NCBI RefSeq assembly: GCF_000372725.1
Contig: NW_005201192.1
Span: 496,001-560,000 of the forward strand
DNA: 64,000 bases
Origin: Emiliania huxleyi CCMP1516
Lineage: Eukaryota
Direction of reading: 5' to 3'
Shown here one piece after another: positions 61,851 through 64,000 of the stretch. A model generated the notes under the pieces. It had not been told where the DNA came from and did not search any database. It saw only the letters and a program-made list of their open reading frames with translations. The number at the start of each line of letters is the position of its first letter. Within the stretch, counting starts at the first letter, position 1. The translations under genes and the position numbers were made by a program.

Positions 61851-62371
61851 CTCTCCTCTCTCCTCTCTCTCTCTCCTCTCTCTCTCTCTCCTCTCCTTGT
61901 CTGTGCTGTCTGCCTGACTCAGGCACTAATTCTGCCGATGCGTGATTGTGTGTGGGCTGCTCCGAGGGGGCCCTGTGCGATCCGACGGGTAGGGGGTCTG
62001 TGCCCGGGCGGTGTCCGGTGCGGAGTCTCCTTCTGATCCCGCCTGTGATGTTGGGTGTGAGGTTGTGGCGGCTTCGAACCCAAGGGGGGGAGCTGATCCC
62101 ACTCAGTAACCAACTCTCAGGGGCAGTAGGTGGGCGAGCCTCGAGCGCGCTCATCTCGATCGTCAAGGTGTCGCTACGCGCGGTCTTCCGCGGGGGGAGC
62201 TTCGTCGACGGGTGCGGGACCGCGGCGCAGCCAGCGTTGCGGCGATGCCTCACGTACATTCCCGGAGGAGGACTGCTGACAGGGTTTGCGATGAGGAGTG
62301 ACCCGAAGGGTTTCTCGGGGTTAGTGCACCACTAACCGCCTCTGCAAGAGCACTACGCCTCAGCGGGCTCA

Positions 62372-62530
62372 TACTTTTCAGGCCCTCCAAATTCGGGTCG
62401 GAGCGTAGGCCGTAGCGGAGTGGGACCCGAGTTTGAAAAAGGCGACGGACGCTTGCGTCCTAGCCTCCAACAACGCCTCCCCGGCGCAGAGGGGCCCCCG
62501 GAGGGATGCTCAACCGCCCCGCGCCACGCC
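62372..62530. repeat. Dispersed repeat, copy 3 of 3 (inverted)
   Basis: Reverse complement of 58167-58320. Confidence 0.85.
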
Positions 62531-62643
62531 GGTGGCGGGGGCGGATTCGCACATCGTTTTCTTTTTTTCGGAGGAGGATCCGGAGGAGGACATAGAGCAT
62601 CGCACGGACTGGCCCTCTCAGCCCCTTGTCGCTGGCCCCGATT

Positions 62644-63806
62644 ATGAGCAGCAAGGCCCTCGACCAGCCCACCCGCTCCTTTCCCGTTAGCACGAGCGCC
62701 GAGCGCGCCGCCGGCTTCCTCGCCGCGTCCGTCTTCTCGCTTGTGTACGTGGTCGCGCCAGTTTGGCTGCTTGCGGCTCTCGTGTCTGTCTTTGCGAGCG
62801 GGCTCACCTCTCTATCCACGCTGCTGCTATGGGCTCCGCTGCTCGTCTCTGCGCTGCTGCCCGACACGGGCGGTAGCATCAGCCCGATCGTGCTCTGCTC
62901 GTGGCCGGTGCGGCAGATTCCAAAGTACTTCCGCTACGAGGAGTTCCACGAAGCGACCGATCGTGAGCTGCGCGCCACCGGAAAGAGCTACGTCGTCGGC
63001 GCCCACCCGCACGGCGTGTTCTCCTTTGTTGGCGTCTGCGCCGCCATCGCAAGCATGAACGACGCCGAGGGAGGGTTCGGGCCGAGGCTCGCCCAGCACG
63101 TGCCCACGGCTGCCGCGTCGGTGCTCAAGGTGTTTCCTCTCCTGAAGGATGTGCTCGGCGTCTTCGGCGTCATCCCCGCCGACGGCAAGACGCTTGCTCG
63201 CCGCCTGCAGAAAGGCTCCTTCGTCCTGTACATTGGCGGGATGGCGGAGCTCTTCCGCAGCAGTCCGAGGCGCGAGACCGTCTTCCTGCAGGTGCCCCCT
63301 TGCTGATCCTAACACGCACATGCACATGCAACATGCAACATGCAACATGCACATGCACATGCACATGCACATGCACATGCACCCACTCCTCCTCTACTCC
63401 TTCCCTGGTCGCAACCCCTACCCTGACCCCAACCCCCTCCCCAGCCCAGGGGAGGAAGGGCTTCATCAAGCTGGCGCTCAAGTCGGGCGCAGATGTCGTG
63501 CCGGTGTACCTCTTCGGAAACACGACCGTCCTCAAGGCGCTCACCTGGGGCCCGCTCGCCGACTTGTCGCGCAAGCTCGGCGTCTCAGTGACGCTCTTCT
63601 GGGGCCGCTTCGCGCTGCCGGTGCCAAAGGAAGTGCGGCTGACGTACGCCCGCGGCCGGCCTCTCGGCCTCCCACACATCGCCGAGCCGTCGCAAGCCGA
63701 CATCGACCACTGGCACGCAAAGTACTGCGAGGCGCTGCTGCAGCTGTTCGATCGGTACAAGGGCACGAACCCCGACTACAAGCACAAGACTCTCGCGATT
63801 GAGTGA
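62644..63806 (+). CDS. DGAT2: Diacylglycerol acyltransferase type 2 (DGAT2/MOGAT family), intron 63292-63449
   Basis: YF, HPHG catalytic motif, GGMAE, RKGFIKLAL..GADVVPVYLFGNT motifs; N-terminal TM hairpin. Confidence 0.9.
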
Positions 63807-64000
63807 TGCGGGCGCATCTCCGGCAACGTGGTTGTATGGACGTGTAGTAGTCAGTACGGAGTTGCTTGGGCTTGGGGCTGGATTGCCAGGTCTGTTTGTC
63901 TCGCTTCCCGCCGTCCCAAGTGTTGATGTGCCTACGGCTCACAGGGAGCAGGGGGGGGGGGCTCCATGGGCTCGTGTCGTGAGACGATTACTCTCCCGTC

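Noticed and set aside
63410..63440. Telomere-like AACCCC/ACCCTG repeats
   Set aside because: Short, degenerate and inside the DGAT2 intron.
63804..64000. Sec read-through at other TGA stops (DGAT2, GT32, leuS, dehydrogenase)
   Set aside because: These proteins are complete at the TGA and no SECIS-like hairpin was noticed downstream.

Overview
GC-rich, intron-rich eukaryotic DNA. Frequent GC-AG introns, microsatellite-filled introns and a selenoprotein point to a haptophyte such as Emiliania/Gephyrocapsa huxleyi (inference). About 17 host genes can be read: a Cys-rich membrane/secreted protein, GT32 glycosyltransferase, DUF2358-like protein, a probable plastid protein, TruA, a WD40-like protein, D-2-hydroxyacid dehydrogenase, an LSMT-type SET methyltransferase, a frameshifted ankyrin/U-box gene, organellar LeuRS, an LTA4H-type M1 aminopeptidase, an SLC43-like MFS transporter, a Myb+GATA factor, SelO, an ACC deaminase/D-cysteine desulfhydrase, an alpha/beta hydrolase and DGAT2. 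Between them lie a 3'-truncated APE-type LINE, a Gag-like ORF, nested TIR elements around a 100-N gap, LTR-like repeats and microsatellites. Three highlights. (1) SelO ends M-S-TGA-S-S-TAG followed by a textbook type-II SECIS, so the TGA is very probably selenocysteine. (2) The LINE ORF1 seems to carry two GT-AG introns; retaining intron 2 fuses ORF1 in frame to endonuclease-RT, while splicing gives ORF1 alone. (3) Many intron 5' ends copy the start of the next exon, including candidate GA-AG introns, suggesting intron birth by duplication. All gene models were read by eye; no database searches were run.
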